This document shows, piece after piece, positions 12,501 to 24,793 of a stretch of DNA of 64,000 bases. The notes under the pieces were generated by a model that was not told where the DNA came from, ran no database searches, and saw only the letters and a program-made list of their open reading frames with translations. This DNA comes from Felis catus (taxonomy: Eukaryota), in NCBI RefSeq assembly GCF_018350175.1, contig NC_058368.1:153514001-153578000 (forward strand). Direction: 5' to 3'. A program made the translations under genes and the position numbers. Positions within the stretch are counted from its first letter, which is position 1. Every line of letters starts with the position of its first letter.

Positions 12501-14059
12501 GTGCCAGACTGAGCCAGGTCTCCCCCCAGTATGCTCCTTTTAGTTGCTTTAACCCTTCTGGTAGATTTTTTCATGTTAATCAATAGCCTTCCTTTGCCTT
12601 AGGCTAGTACACCTCATGAATATTTTCTATAAAAATACGACAGAATATTCTCACACAAGTCAGAGTTACCTGTTTTTGTCTGAGACTCTCTCAAAGCAAA
12701 CAGAAAACGAGACATAACTGTGTCCTAAGTGACTAGAAAAAATTTAACCTCCTCACAATTGTTTGAAATCATTTTACCTGAAAAAATCTGTAGATTCAGG
12801 AAAACTAAACTTGTAAAAACAGATGTAATTCAGGAAGTATAGTTTTTTGGTATTTATCCGGGAAAATGGTAATTCCACAAATATTTTTTTAGTTATGTGC
12901 TTTTATGCAATTCAGGGCCTTTAAATTAGATTATATAAAGTCTGGCTTTTAAGAAAATATTAAATTAAATGGAAAAATATTTCAAAGTCATGCAGGCATA
13001 TGAGGCTGAACTATTACATATATATATGCAAGCTTTTGATTCACATAATATAATCTATAAATGTGGAGATGATTCACAAAGTAGAAAAGAGTGACACAAA
13101 TACAGGAAAGGAGAAGAAAACTGCTTTCAGGTGCAAAGAATTGAATGCATAATTCAACAGTTAAAAAGAATAAATTTATGGCCAGCTGATCAGTTAACAT
13201 TATTTGTGGCTTCCTGTGGTTAAATGATATAGCTAATTCCATTCTCTTTCATGAGCCACAAACAACATTCAATTGCCAATATGAGAATTAAGCTGACACA
13301 CTGAGTAAATGGGTCTAAAAACCAACTAATAGAAGTGGAAGTTTGTGAATATTGGCCTATCAGTGTCAATTTTAGGTGTCACACAAAACACTGAGCTTGC
13401 TTCCCAGAAATCTCTATTCCATTGGTATTCATTCAGTATTGGACATTAGTTATTTACTTATAAAATATGTGCTCATTACAAAGGTCTGTGAGTGCAGTTG
13501 CATTAATTATTCATCCTAAGATTCTGAAACACGGGGGAGATTCCGAAAGGTAATTTAAACTGCTGATGGGAAATGTTTCATGTGCGAGCCCATCAGCAAG
13601 GTTTCAGGAAGTGGGTCATGGATTTGGAAGGAAGCAACCAACCAGGCACTTCTATCATTGTCTTTAAAGTTCTCCACCATTTAAAAAGATAAAAGAGATA
13701 AATGCCTTTTTTCCCAAAAAAATGAATATATTAGAAATAGGTCAAGAGTATGTGAATTTATTTTATTTACCTCCTTGTACCCAAACCACCTTCCTTGAGT
13801 GTGTATAGACTAAGAATTGCAATATCATAAGATGATAGGAATCGGGTTTGTTTTACTATTTTCATTGTTAAAATGGAATAGGGGTGTCCTACAATTTAAC
13901 TATGGCCTATATCAATGTAGATATATGGGCATAAAGATAAAAATTAGAAGATTGGTCATTCATTTTAAGAAATGTTTCATTTTTAAATGTTAAATATATT
14001 TTCCATGTTTTTCATTTAAATACCAAGCTCTCAATACCTTAAGATAATTTCTTTTGCTT

Positions 14060-14266
14060 TTTTTTGAAAATTTTAGGTAAGAAAATTTAGAGAGAGCAAG
14101 CAAATGCATAATCAGAGGAGAGGAGGAGAGGGAGCAAGAGAGAATCCCAAGCAGGCTCCATGCTCAGTGTGAAGCCCGATGAGGGGCTTGATCCCACAAC
14201 TCGGGATCATGACCTGAGCCAAAATTAAGAGTTAGATGCTCAACCCATTGAACCACTCAGACACCC
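14060..14266 (-). mobile_element. Older Can-SINE subfamily
   Basis: gagaatcccaagcaggctccatgctcagtgtg...gggatcatgacctgagcc. Confidence 0.9.
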
Positions 14267-14330
14267 TTGGAAATTTTAGTTTTAATTGTTCTGAAACCCT
14301 TTAAAAATACTGATCATTGATATCACGCAG

Positions 14331-14333
<3 letters not shown>

Positions 14334-14369
<36 letters not shown>
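14334..14369. repeat. (CA)n microsatellite
   Basis: Direct reading. Confidence 0.95.
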
Positions 14370-14375
<6 letters not shown>

Positions 14376-15287
14376 CGTTATACAAAGCATAAATATATCT
14401 CTTTGTTAAAAACTCAAACTACAAAGAACTATAGTCTTGAAAATCTAGAAACCTCCTTTTATTATTTCCCCCACCTCCATTTTTCCCTTGAGGGAGTTTA
14501 CTGTCAACAATTTTTGGGCACAATTTCTATCCTCTTTCTCTTTATTTGCATATAAACACACACATACTTGTGTATATTTCGTTTTTTGCAGAAATTGGAT
14601 AAAGTACTTTTAAAAAATTAAATTTATTAGAAATACTAAGATAATGTCTCACATGAAGAGATGATTATTTCTACAATCATTATTAACTCATTCTGTTTTC
14701 TTTTGGGTTGATTTATAGCTGTGTGAATTTGTAACTGTCCTTCATTAATGGTCAATCTTGTAATCTTGTGTTCCACAGTATCAGATGCAAAGTGCCTGGA
14801 ATATATTGCTCATTTAAATTTCTCTTTGCAATTAACAACGAAGATATATTTGCACTTTCTGATTAGATAATCTATGAAGGCAAGGTCTGAAAGTAGAGGC
14901 AGGTACATAAATACATAGTATTTGATATTGCAGTAAGAAGAAAAGATAAATAATAAGAAATCTCAAACTTCCTTGGGAGATATAATGAACTAAAAATAAA
15001 CCCTTGTATTTCTGGAGAGTTAGAGCCCTTTTGTTGAAGATACGAGATGCTACCTTTACATGTAAGAGGGAAGTGGTGGTGGTCAGGGACAGGAGTAGGT
15101 TTTAACAAATTAGTATGTATTTTTTTCAGAGGATATTAAAAATATTTTATCTTCTGGTAAAGTTTATTTTTTAAATTTCAATGGTGATTCATGCATGTGG
15201 ATAAAATAATTCAGATAGTCCGGAATGGTACCATTCTCTGACCCTGCCCCAATGCCTATGATTAATCTTACTCAGAGATACTTTTTA

Positions 15288-15289
<2 letters not shown>

Positions 15290-15319
<30 letters not shown>
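15290..15319. repeat. (GT)n microsatellite
   Basis: Direct reading. Confidence 0.95.
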
Positions 15320-15322
<3 letters not shown>

Positions 15323-15589
15323 CCCCTAAACTCTCAACCAGAAGTTAATTCTTTTTATTGAAGTTGAATTTGATTAAATCAAGAGAGCTGCTATTATCTC
15401 ACAGTAGGGCCCTGTGATATCAAGATATTTGAGCCTTCAGCCTTATGTTGGGATTTTTCAATGGAATGCTTCTGGGGATCTGACACTTACAGCTAGGGAT
15501 GTGCTCATGGTAATGGATGTAGATAACAAAGAGTTACCCAGATCTTTCTGCTCTGAGGGCACATACGTGACTAAGAATTAAGTGGATAA

Positions 15590-16400
15590 AATGTTCAGTT
15601 AACAATTATTTATTGAGTGCCTATTACATGAAACCATATAAAGGCATGTTCTAGGTTTAGTAGATACAAATACGAACTAAGCAAATTACCTGTTTTCATA
15701 GAATTTACATTTTTAAATTATTATTATTATTTTTATTTTTTTATGAAAAAATTTTTTACATTTATTTATTTTTGAGAGAGACAGAGCCACAAGTGGGGGA
15801 TGGGCAGAGAGAGAAGGAGACACAGAATCCGAAGCAGGCTCCAGGCTCTGAGCTGTCTGCACAGAGCCCGACGCAGGGCTCTAACTCACAAACTGCAAGA
15901 TCATGGCCTAAGCTGAAGTCGGATGCTCAACCGACTGAGCCACCCAGGCGACCCATAGATTTTACGTTTTAATAGGGGATATTGTCATTAAACAAGAACA
16001 AATATGTAATAAAATGTGAATTAGTGTTAAATTCCATAAAAGATAAAATACACAAAATGATCTATTTTAGATAGAGTGTTAGGGAAGGCCTTTATCAGAA
16101 AGATAAGTAGAAACCAAAATGAAACTTGTAACTGAAACTTCAGGAGGAAACCTCCAGGCAGAGGGAAGGTCAAGTCAACGTTTCTTCAGCAAAAAGCTAG
16201 TATTTTGGGGGAATTTCACAAAAGCCAGTGTCCTGGAGTGGAGTGAGTACAGGGGAATAGTAGGACTTTAAGAGACCAGAAATGTGCTCAGGGGACAAAT
16301 TAAATGGGGTTTAGATGCCATGGAGGGAACTTTTGATTATGTTAGGTATGATGGGAAACCATTGGAAGGTTTTGAGCAAGAGATTTCCATCATTCTTTTG
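15590..16400 (-). mobile_element. L2 3' relic interrupted by a SINE
   Basis: ttatttattgagtgcctatta...gttctagg...agggaaggcctt...ccaggcagaggga...gggaaaccattggaaggttttgagca. Confidence 0.7.
15715..15954 (-). mobile_element. SINEC_Fc
   Basis: Can-SINE body with degenerate TSD catagaatttacatttt/catagattttacgtttt. Confidence 0.94.
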
Positions 16401-16406
16401 GTCTGA

Positions 16407-16530
16407 GGGTGTCTGAGTCACTTAGTAGGTAAGTATTCAACTCTTGATTTCAGCCCAGGTCATGATCTCACAATTTGTGAGTTTGAGCCCTCCATGCAGC
16501 TCCACACTGATAGCACTGAACCTGCTGGGG

Positions 16531-16566
<36 letters not shown>

Positions 16567-16618
16567 CCTCCTCTCCTTGTGCTTTCTCTCCCTCTCTCAA
16601 AATAAATAAACTTAAAAA
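16407..16618 (+). mobile_element. Older Can-SINE with (CT)n
   Basis: ctcttgatttcagcccaggtcatgatctc...cctgctggggattctctctc...caaaataaataaac. Confidence 0.9.
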
Positions 16619-17089
16619 GTTATAAAACAGAAGGAGAACTGGTCTGGCTGCTGTGTGTCTGCTTATGTGCTATGGTTGGGAGTCTTAATATAGAAAGCTC
16701 CTCACAGAGGGTAAATGCAAACTTTGGAAAAGTAGACAATCTCAGATTGATAATGGAGCTGTTCTAGGTGAAACTCTCCTTTTTAAGATTCTCCAGGCAC
16801 AGGATGCTTTTGTCAGCATTAAACCTGGTTGAGGAGGAGGAGGAGGAGGAGGAGAAGTAGAAGATAAAAGCAGGATGGGAGAGCTGCAAAACTCCATCCT
16901 ACAAGGCAAATTCTCCTGCTCTCAGAGAGGAAAGTTTGACCACATGCAGTATTTCTAAATATTTAAAAATTATTGATTGAGCTAAAAATACATTCTGTTC
17001 TCACACTTCAATGATTACCCTTCCAAAATTACCTGCAAGGCAAAATTTAAATTTAAGATTCCTTGAGTTTTTGGAGTTGGTATATTCAA

Positions 17090-18100
17090 CTATGTTAGTA
17101 AGATTACTTCATCATCAAAAGATAGAGTCAAAAGATAAGCTACAAATTGTGAGAAGGTATGGGAAACTATATGGTTGAAATAATAGTTTTCAGAATATAG
17201 GAGGATAAAAAATAGATAACCAATTAAAGATGTTGAACACACTTGAATACATGTTTCCCAGAAGGCAAAAAGAGAAATAAACCATGAAAATGTGAAATAC
17301 TTAAGAGTCTCATTAAAATCAAGGAAATGCAAAGTAAAACTTGAATGAGGTATGACTTTATAGCCACCATAGGTGGATTAAAATTAGAGAATGCAAGTTT
17401 TGGAGAGGATGTGGAGCACTAAGCACTCTCATCTACTGCTTAAGTGGGTATAATTGGTGCAGTTTGGAAAAGAGCATTATGGGTAACGAGGAGTATGTGT
17501 ATATCTTATGACTCAGCAATTTCACCTGACTCACTTTAGAGAGGAACTCTTACACATCAGCATCAGAATAAAGATGGAAGAATATTCAAAGCACTATCGT
17601 TTGTAATAGCGAACAGCAGGAGCAACAACAACGACAACAATACAACTGAACACAACCCAACTCTCTATCAAGAGTCGAATGGATAAAGTGGAGTATGTTC
17701 GTACAGTGGAATCCTATAAAACAGTGAAAAATAAATTACCTGCAGCTTGTGCATATCAACATGAATGACTCTCAAGAATATGTTGATGACTGAATGTTAA
17801 GTCATTAGAGAATGTACACTATATGATGTGAAAAAAGACAAGACTAAATAAAACATTTTAAGGATACATATATGTGATAAAACTATAGGGAAAAGTAAAG
17901 AAATAATTGATTGGAATTCAGAATGCTGAATATTTCTGTGAAAGAAGAAAAATGTTACCAGGGACATCATTAGAGATTGCTTTTTTTTTCATATAGAGAT
18001 TTCTAATGGTAATATTCTAATTCTTAAACTGGATGGTGAGTGGGCACATGGAATTACACTTCATTATGATTCATTAAACTGTACATATACATTATGTACA
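17090..18100 (+). mobile_element. Old L1 (L1ME-like) 3' region
   Basis: aaatcaaggaaatgcaaagtaaaac...ggagaggatgtggagcact...atgactcagcaatt...aatggataaa...ttcttaaactggatggtgagt. Confidence 0.75.
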
Positions 18101-18379
18101 TATATATTATTCTTTTTTGCTGTCAACTTCTCTTTAAGATGTTTACTGAAACTCCATACTGTCCACAGTTTAGGCTGGGAGAAAGCAGAGGAGGGGGGAG
18201 CAAAAAGGCTCCCTAAAGCTAAGCCTAACGTCTTTCAGGAGGGTTCTCAGGATTCTCATCTGATGTCTCTGTTAACATCTAGCTTTGAGTGTGTCCAATA
18301 TGAGCGACAGCATTGACGCCCTTAATAAAATAGGTATCTGTTAATAAAGAAGAAACTGGATGGTGGATCAGTATCTCAC

Positions 18380-19320
18380 AGTATTTGCCAATCTTTTAAG
18401 TAGTTTCTTCAGAGAAGCTACATGTGAAGTTAATGTTTTGACTCCTTGCATGTCTGAAAGTCTCCTGTCTATTTTCATAGTTGTTTGCTAGTTTTGTAGA
18501 GGGTTTTAGACTGAAAACATTCTTTTTTTATCTCAGAATCTTAGAACTTTTTTTTTCATTTAGCCTAGCATTCAGAACCAAAAAGTAATACAGTACAACT
18601 CCAATAGTGGTTTTGCTTTAGATAACATTTTTTCCTTTCAAAGACTGTAAACTTCATTTTTTTCCTCTTAAAGTTCTGAAATTTCTCTGACATATGCCTG
18701 AATGAAGTTTTTATATTTTATTTATATATAAATTTTAAATTCAGCCTGTCAGGGTCTATCAGCCTAAAGACTCATTTCTTTCATCAGCTCAAATATATCT
18801 TCTTGAGAATATCTTTATCTTATGATTTTTTGGTTTCTCTCTCTCTGATTGTTATATGATGTATATTAGATTTTATGATTTTATTTTATCTCAGCTTTTC
18901 TCTCATATTTTCTATTTTTGCTTTTTATTTCTGTGTTCAAAGACTTTCTGTGAGCTTTTCCTCCAGATCATTCATTTGCTTTCCAGTGTTGCCTATTTCT
19001 TAACCCTTGTATTCAGTTTCTCAACTCATCAATAGTATTTTCTTCTTTTTTATTCATTATCTTCATTTTGATTTTTTAATTTATAAGGATTCTTGTTCTT
19101 TGATTTCTCCTTTTGCCCACAGCATCTTACTATTGCCTTGTGGATATAGTAGCTATCTCAAATCTGATAAAACCAATTACACGTTTTGTTATATATCTTC
19201 TTTTCCAGAGTTACCTCTTTTCACCCATGGGTCATTTTTAAATTTTATTTGTTCAACTTGATCCTCCTCTTTTTTGCTATCTGGTTTTTCTGAAATGGTA
19301 GGTTATTATCCATTCACATT
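18380..19320 (-). mobile_element. Highly diverged old L1 fragment
   Basis: Very T-rich antisense L1M-like sequence. Confidence 0.5.
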
Positions 19321-19666
19321 TAGGATAAAAGATCAAATGAATTAATGTAAAATCAGGTATAATATAAAAGAAGGGTCAACATACTAAGTTATGCTTAAAT
19401 TTGACCAATTTTAATAAGTAGGGAATTATGGATGTTTTGGTTTTTCTAGTAAGCATATGTTTGTTTATAAAACATCACATGTAGTTGTTCTGTCTGTAAT
19501 GAAGAAAGAGAATCAAACTGGCGAGTGAGCCTTACAATTAAGGGAGGAAAATGAATGTAGCAGGATCATAACAAAGAGTTTGGGAAAGGTTAGAGTAACT
19601 GCATAGATAAGGACCCCAGTTTGACAAGACTACAGATGTCACACATGTTAATTAGAAAAAGTTCAA

Positions 19667-19865
19667 GGGTGTCTGCATGGCTCAGTGGTTAAGCATCCCA
19701 TTCTTTGTTTTGGTTCAGGCCACGATCTCATGGTTCATGAATTCGAGCCTTGCGTCAGGCTCTGCACTGACAGCACAGAGCCTGCTTGGGATTCTCCCTC
19801 TCTGCCCTTCCCCCACTCACATACTCTCTTTATCTCTCTCTCAAAATAAATAAATAAACTTAAAA
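19667..19865 (+). mobile_element. Can-SINE
   Basis: gggtgtctgcatggctcagtggttaagc...caaaataaataaataaac. Confidence 0.9.
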
Positions 19866-19927
19866 GGGAGTTGAACATTGTGTTTCAAGAATGATGAAAC
19901 AGCTAAGTTTTCTTAAAATGATACCAA

Positions 19928-20641
19928 CTGTATCTCACCAAACCTAGGGTTCTTTTGAGTGTAATATGCATCGTTGTTTTTTTCTACCACCAGGAAAAAA
20001 ATAATCACTGCCAGTTGTATCCTAACAAAGATCTTTCTTATCATTTAAAATATTTGGACTTGGATTAGACATAATTTTAATCCTGTGCACACATAAAAAG
20101 GAAAATGTAAACAAAACACTTGGTTAAGGTATAACTAAAACTTTTTTTACATTTCTGAATCTTCTGAACCACTGATTGGCTCAAAATTAATAGTGTTTGT
20201 ATTCTTCTACCTAATTTCATCTTTTTTTAGTATTCATAAAATTGGTGATGCAGTATTTTCTAGAAATATGCAACACTAATTCTGAGATTTTCTTCCAAGC
20301 CAATGACACTCCTTCAGCAAATTTTGATACTGATTTTTCATGTTTTTGACAGCAGGTTATCAATGGAAAATTTTCAGTCAATATCCAAGTCTCATAATTC
20401 TTCCTTAAAGTATCCCTAAATACTTTGTTGTCTGAAATGTCAAAGGCTTGCTGTTGTCTAGTCATATTTCATGGGATAACAACCAAGTAAACACATGAGC
20501 AACCAGTGACAATACTGTTAAACTTCCTCCTGGTTGACCCAGTTGGTCTTGGATGTTTCCCTTCATTGTAAGATGTACCCACATTTTAAAGGTGTTAAAT
20601 GTGGGGAAGAAAAAGAAATGTCTTAGAAATGATGAAGTAAG
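19928..20641 (-). mobile_element. Internally deleted Tc2/pogo-superfamily DNA transposon (Kanga1/MER104-like) with a DDE transposase remnant
   Basis: ORF 20217..20465(-) MTRQQQAFDISDNKVFRDTLRKNYETW...VSLAWKKI...KYCITN resembles the pogo/Tc2 QPLD..VNKPFK..W..AWKKI..FKKCCITN pattern. The termini ctgtatctcacc... and ...gtcttagaaatgatgaagtaag resemble the Kanga/MER104 TIR CCGTATTTCATCGATTCTAAGA. Confidence 0.75.
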
Positions 20642-20647
20642 CAGAAG

Positions 20648-20842
20648 TTATTCTCTATTTGTGGAAGAGAGAGAGAAAGAGTGCACAAGTAGGGGATGGG
20701 CAGAGAGAGAGGGAATCCCAAGCAGGCTCCATGCTGTCAGTGCAGACCCTGATGCGGGGCTTGACCCAATGAATCATGAGATCATAACATGAACCAAAAT
20801 CAAGAGTTGGTTGCTTAACTGACTGAGCCACCCAGGCACCTC
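20648..20842 (-). mobile_element. Can-SINE
   Basis: gaatcccaagcaggctccatgctgtcag...gactgagccacccaggcacc. Confidence 0.9.
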
Positions 20843-21384
20843 TTCAAAAACAACTTATTTCTGAGAAAGGGAAATGTCTTAAGAACTTCATTGGGAAATG
20901 GGGTTCAACTATGTGATCAATGACTTGGGTATGCTTTTTTGAACTGTGTCATCAGACATTATGTTCTACCTCAAGTGTCAACTGTTGACAATCTAGGTCT
21001 ACAGTTTGTCTTGCCTAAAACTGTATTGTTATACTTTTGGGTTTAAAATTTATTAACATCCTAGGAATTAAAATAAGTAATATCTTGTAGAATTATTGAA
21101 ACCTAGAGAAGTGGAAGGATCAAGAGAGGAGAGCAGTTACATCCAATGGCATTAGCATTTTGTAACTGTTTTTATTGTAAAGGTGTATGTTTAATAATTA
21201 CTGTGTTTATGCAAGTTCGTCTTTGTTTAAGGGATTTGAAGTGTATAAAAGGTTTAGTCATATTACATTGGTAATTGCATTTTAAATTTGTAAAGGAATT
21301 TTAATTAATCAAATTTGGATCCAATGTCAAAATGCTTGAGAAAAATTGGCTTGCAAAGTGTTTTATATTAGAGAAATGTTTTTA

Positions 21385-21675
21385 TTTTTTTATTTTTTAA
21401 AGTTTTTATTTTTTAATATATGAAATTTATTGTCAAATTGGTTTCCATACAACACCCAGTGCTCATCCCAAAAGATGCCCTCTTCAATACCCATAACCTA
21501 CCCACCCCTCCCTCCCACCCCCCATCAACCCTCAGTTTGTTCTCAGTTTTTAAGTGTCACTTATGCTTTGGCTCTCTTCCACTCTAACCTCTTTTTTTTT
21601 CCCTTCGCTTCCCCCATGGATTTCTGTTAAGTTTCTCAGGATCCACATAAGAGTGAACACATATGGTATCTGTCT
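21385..21675 (-). mobile_element. Young, heavily 5'-truncated felid L1 (3'UTR only, ~290 bp)
   Basis: aatatatgaaatttattgtcaaattggtttccatacaacacccagtgctcatccc (L1_Fc 3' end). Perfect TSD ttagagaaatgttttta at 21368-21384 and 21676-21692. Confidence 0.93.
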
Positions 21676-24575
21676 TTAGAGAAATGTTTTTAATAAGCTA
21701 GGCACTAAACAAAGCACAAATAATAGTGAACCCTGCAAAAAAGGCTCCTTGGGCATTACAAATCTATCAGCAGTAAGGAGTTCTTTACTTTCAAAAGATT
21801 TGGCTTCTTTTCACATGTTTTCTTCTCCATATGCCTTGGGTATGGAGTTCACATTTACCTCCATCTCTGCTGTACATCTTTCTCGGAATCTTAGCTCACC
21901 CCAAAAGATTCTTCACTTGGTATAGAAAGCATTTCTCTGGTATTAACTTGGGGCAAATGCTGCTGCCTAATACTCTCTGAAAAGGAAGAGAAAGGCATGA
22001 AAAAAAAGCTCACTTGACTGGTCTTTGCAAAGACCTTTCTTTCAACTTCTGGGTTATAGTCCTGCAAGTTCTACGATTCCCTGTTCTTGTTCATTCCAAA
22101 CCTGGCACCCCTCTGGGACTCTGCCATTACAGTAGCTTCCACCTGTCTGCAGTCTTGTGTGGCTTTTCAGCCTGCAGTATCTGATTTTTGCCTCTAGGTT
22201 ACAAAAATTCTCTGGTTCACTGAGGGCTCCTATCCCAGTCTCAGTACTACTCAGCATAGTCCTTATTGTTCATTTCTATTACTGTAATGCTAGGAGGGAG
22301 GGGCAGTGAATGTATATAGTCTGCCATCTTGAACTAGAAACCCCAAATTTTTACAAGATGTCAACAATAAAATTGTACCTTCCATGAAGTTAAGCCTTTC
22401 CTTGGGGGTTTAAATGCACCTTAAATTTTAAGGTCTAAATGGTTGGAGCCTGAAGGTAGGTATAATGTTCAGGTTATTCACATGTCCTACAGATAATGCA
22501 GGTGCATTCATCAGTTTTGCAGAAACGTTTGGAATTACTCTTCAAACAATCTCAGTTTAGTTTGGGATATCCCAGTTGTACATCTCAAATTTAGAAACAT
22601 TTAGAGTTCTTAAGGAACAGATTATGTTTTAATTAATGCATTTCAGAGTCACAAAATATTCAGTCATTTTTACCACTAGAATATGTTCCATAAGGAAATA
22701 AAATCTAAACCGAAGTACCGTTCCTTCTGTTGCTAAGAGGAAAATGTTCTTAAAAGGCTTACCTAATAGAGTTGGATTTACAGACTACTTTCTAAGCAGC
22801 TCACCTCACAGCCATCGCTGACTTCCATAACTTAATATAAAGAAAATCTGTTTCTTCATAGATTATGGTTATAAGATTTATTAGTGACTAAAGCATATAG
22901 TTCCCATAAATAAGTCAGCTCTGGGTTAGATTCTTCAAGGCCAAAGGGCTCATGTGGCATTTTTCATTTGGGTACAGAATGGCCATTTGGGCTTATAGGA
23001 TCATTGAATCTACATTTCTAGTAGTTGACACTGATCCGTTCAAAGTCTATAAAATATAGGAGATGCCTTTAAAGTTTTAAGATAAATAATTCAGACAACT
23101 TATAATTTTTTGCCTGTAGGCTCTCTGAAACTATGGAAAAGCAGGGGAATTACTGTCTAAAGTCTCAGTTATTTCCCCCCCTATATTCTTAGAATTTTCA
23201 TGGAGCAATTCCTAGTATAGTGTTAATGTTTTTCTGGGAGTAATAGTTTTTCAGGTGGAGACTTTTAGTTTTTAGATCAAGTAATACTACAAAATAATGC
23301 TGCATGGACACAAACTAATATTTATAGTTTGACTAAGATAGGAATTTTTAATTCCTATAATTAAGAATTCCTACTGGAAATTAATGGAAACATTTCTAAA
23401 TGTTAGTAGAATGGCATTTTTTTTCAGGATTGCATTTCAGTATTTTCACATTTCCCCCTCCTGTTCACAGGTCTCAGATGAGTAAAAGAGTAGATTAGTG
23501 TATATTCTAACCATTTTAAATATAAAAGTAGAGTAAATTCTACACTATTTACATATATTTTTATACATAGGTCCACATATAGCTCTTCATCAGTTGGGTA
23601 AAGTTTTCATATGTTGCAGAATATAATGTTTGGGATCCCTCAAATTGTTTTGCAAAGTGGTAGATATAAAGAAATATAACAGTATCTGAGCTTTATATTT
23701 ACTAGGTACTCATAGCGGGGAAAATCAGCTGTACATCTGTACATATGTGCTACATGATTGTAGAGTGGAATAAAATAACATGAGCTACTTTCTGTCTAGT
23801 CCTTTGTATTTCCTGTATCTGATCACAGATGATAAACAGTATTATTAGATTTTTCCTTGCTGTTGTTTTTCAGTGTTATGTATTCAGTTATATTTTCAAA
23901 GTTTCTTAATCTTATGTTTAATGTTAGAGGAATAATATCAAATAATATTGGTGCCTTGTAAGGGATTAGTCTGGTATGGTGGTCTAAAGGGAGTTGTCCA
24001 CTCATTTTTGTGGCTTAAGTGTATTGGTCCTCAGTCCTATCTCCACACCTGATATTTCTCCTGAGCTTCAAATTTTTAAGTCCATCTTTAATTACCTTAA
24101 TAGATGAGGTTTTAAGATCCAGTTAACTGCAAAGGGCTTTGGAAAATGGAGTCCACTGGCATGCCTAGGTAAAGGGGAGCATGGATTTGGTGGACAGTGA
24201 TTAGTCTTAGACATAATGTTTCATTTTTTAAGAACTTAAGTTTAGTTAGTAGTTTCATTTTTTTTTTAGCTTCCAAAGGTAGAAGTCTTTGCTATATTAT
24301 CAATTATTTCCACTCTTTCCATAGTTATTTGAAATTGGTCACCAAATTCCACTAATTCTATCTCTTTAATTCAGTTTCTCTTCATTCTATTGCTGTCTCA
24401 TGATTCCTTGTGTGGCCAGTTACTTCCTACCTATCTCCCTATCTCCTATGGTCCTCCTTTCCCATAGGTGGAACAGCTGTATTACTCAAAAACTAAATAT
24501 GACGAGATCATCTTCACTTTTTTAAAGAAAACACATCATGACTCACTAAGTTTAAACTTCAAACAAAATTACTTT

Positions 24576-24793
24576 GGGAGTGCCTGGGTGGCTCAACTGG
24601 TTAAGCATCTGACTTGATTTTGGCTCAGGTCATGATCTAACAGTTTATGTTTGTGAGTTCGAGCCACACGTTGGACTGTCTTCTGTCAGCATGAAGTCTG
24701 CTTCGGATCCTCCATCCTCCCTCTTTCTCCCCCTCCCCTGGCCACTCCCTTTCTCTTTTTCTCAAAAATAAATTTAAAAAATTAAAAAAAAAA
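24576..24793 (+). mobile_element. Can-SINE
   Basis: gggagtgcctgggtggctcaactggttaagc...caaaaataaatttaaaaa. Confidence 0.9.

Noticed and set aside
13565..13600. Hammerhead ribozyme core on the minus strand (CTGATGG...GAAAC)
   Set aside because: The core reads CUGAUGG rather than CUGANGA, stem II cannot pair, and the motif is sequestered in an alternative 10-bp stem.
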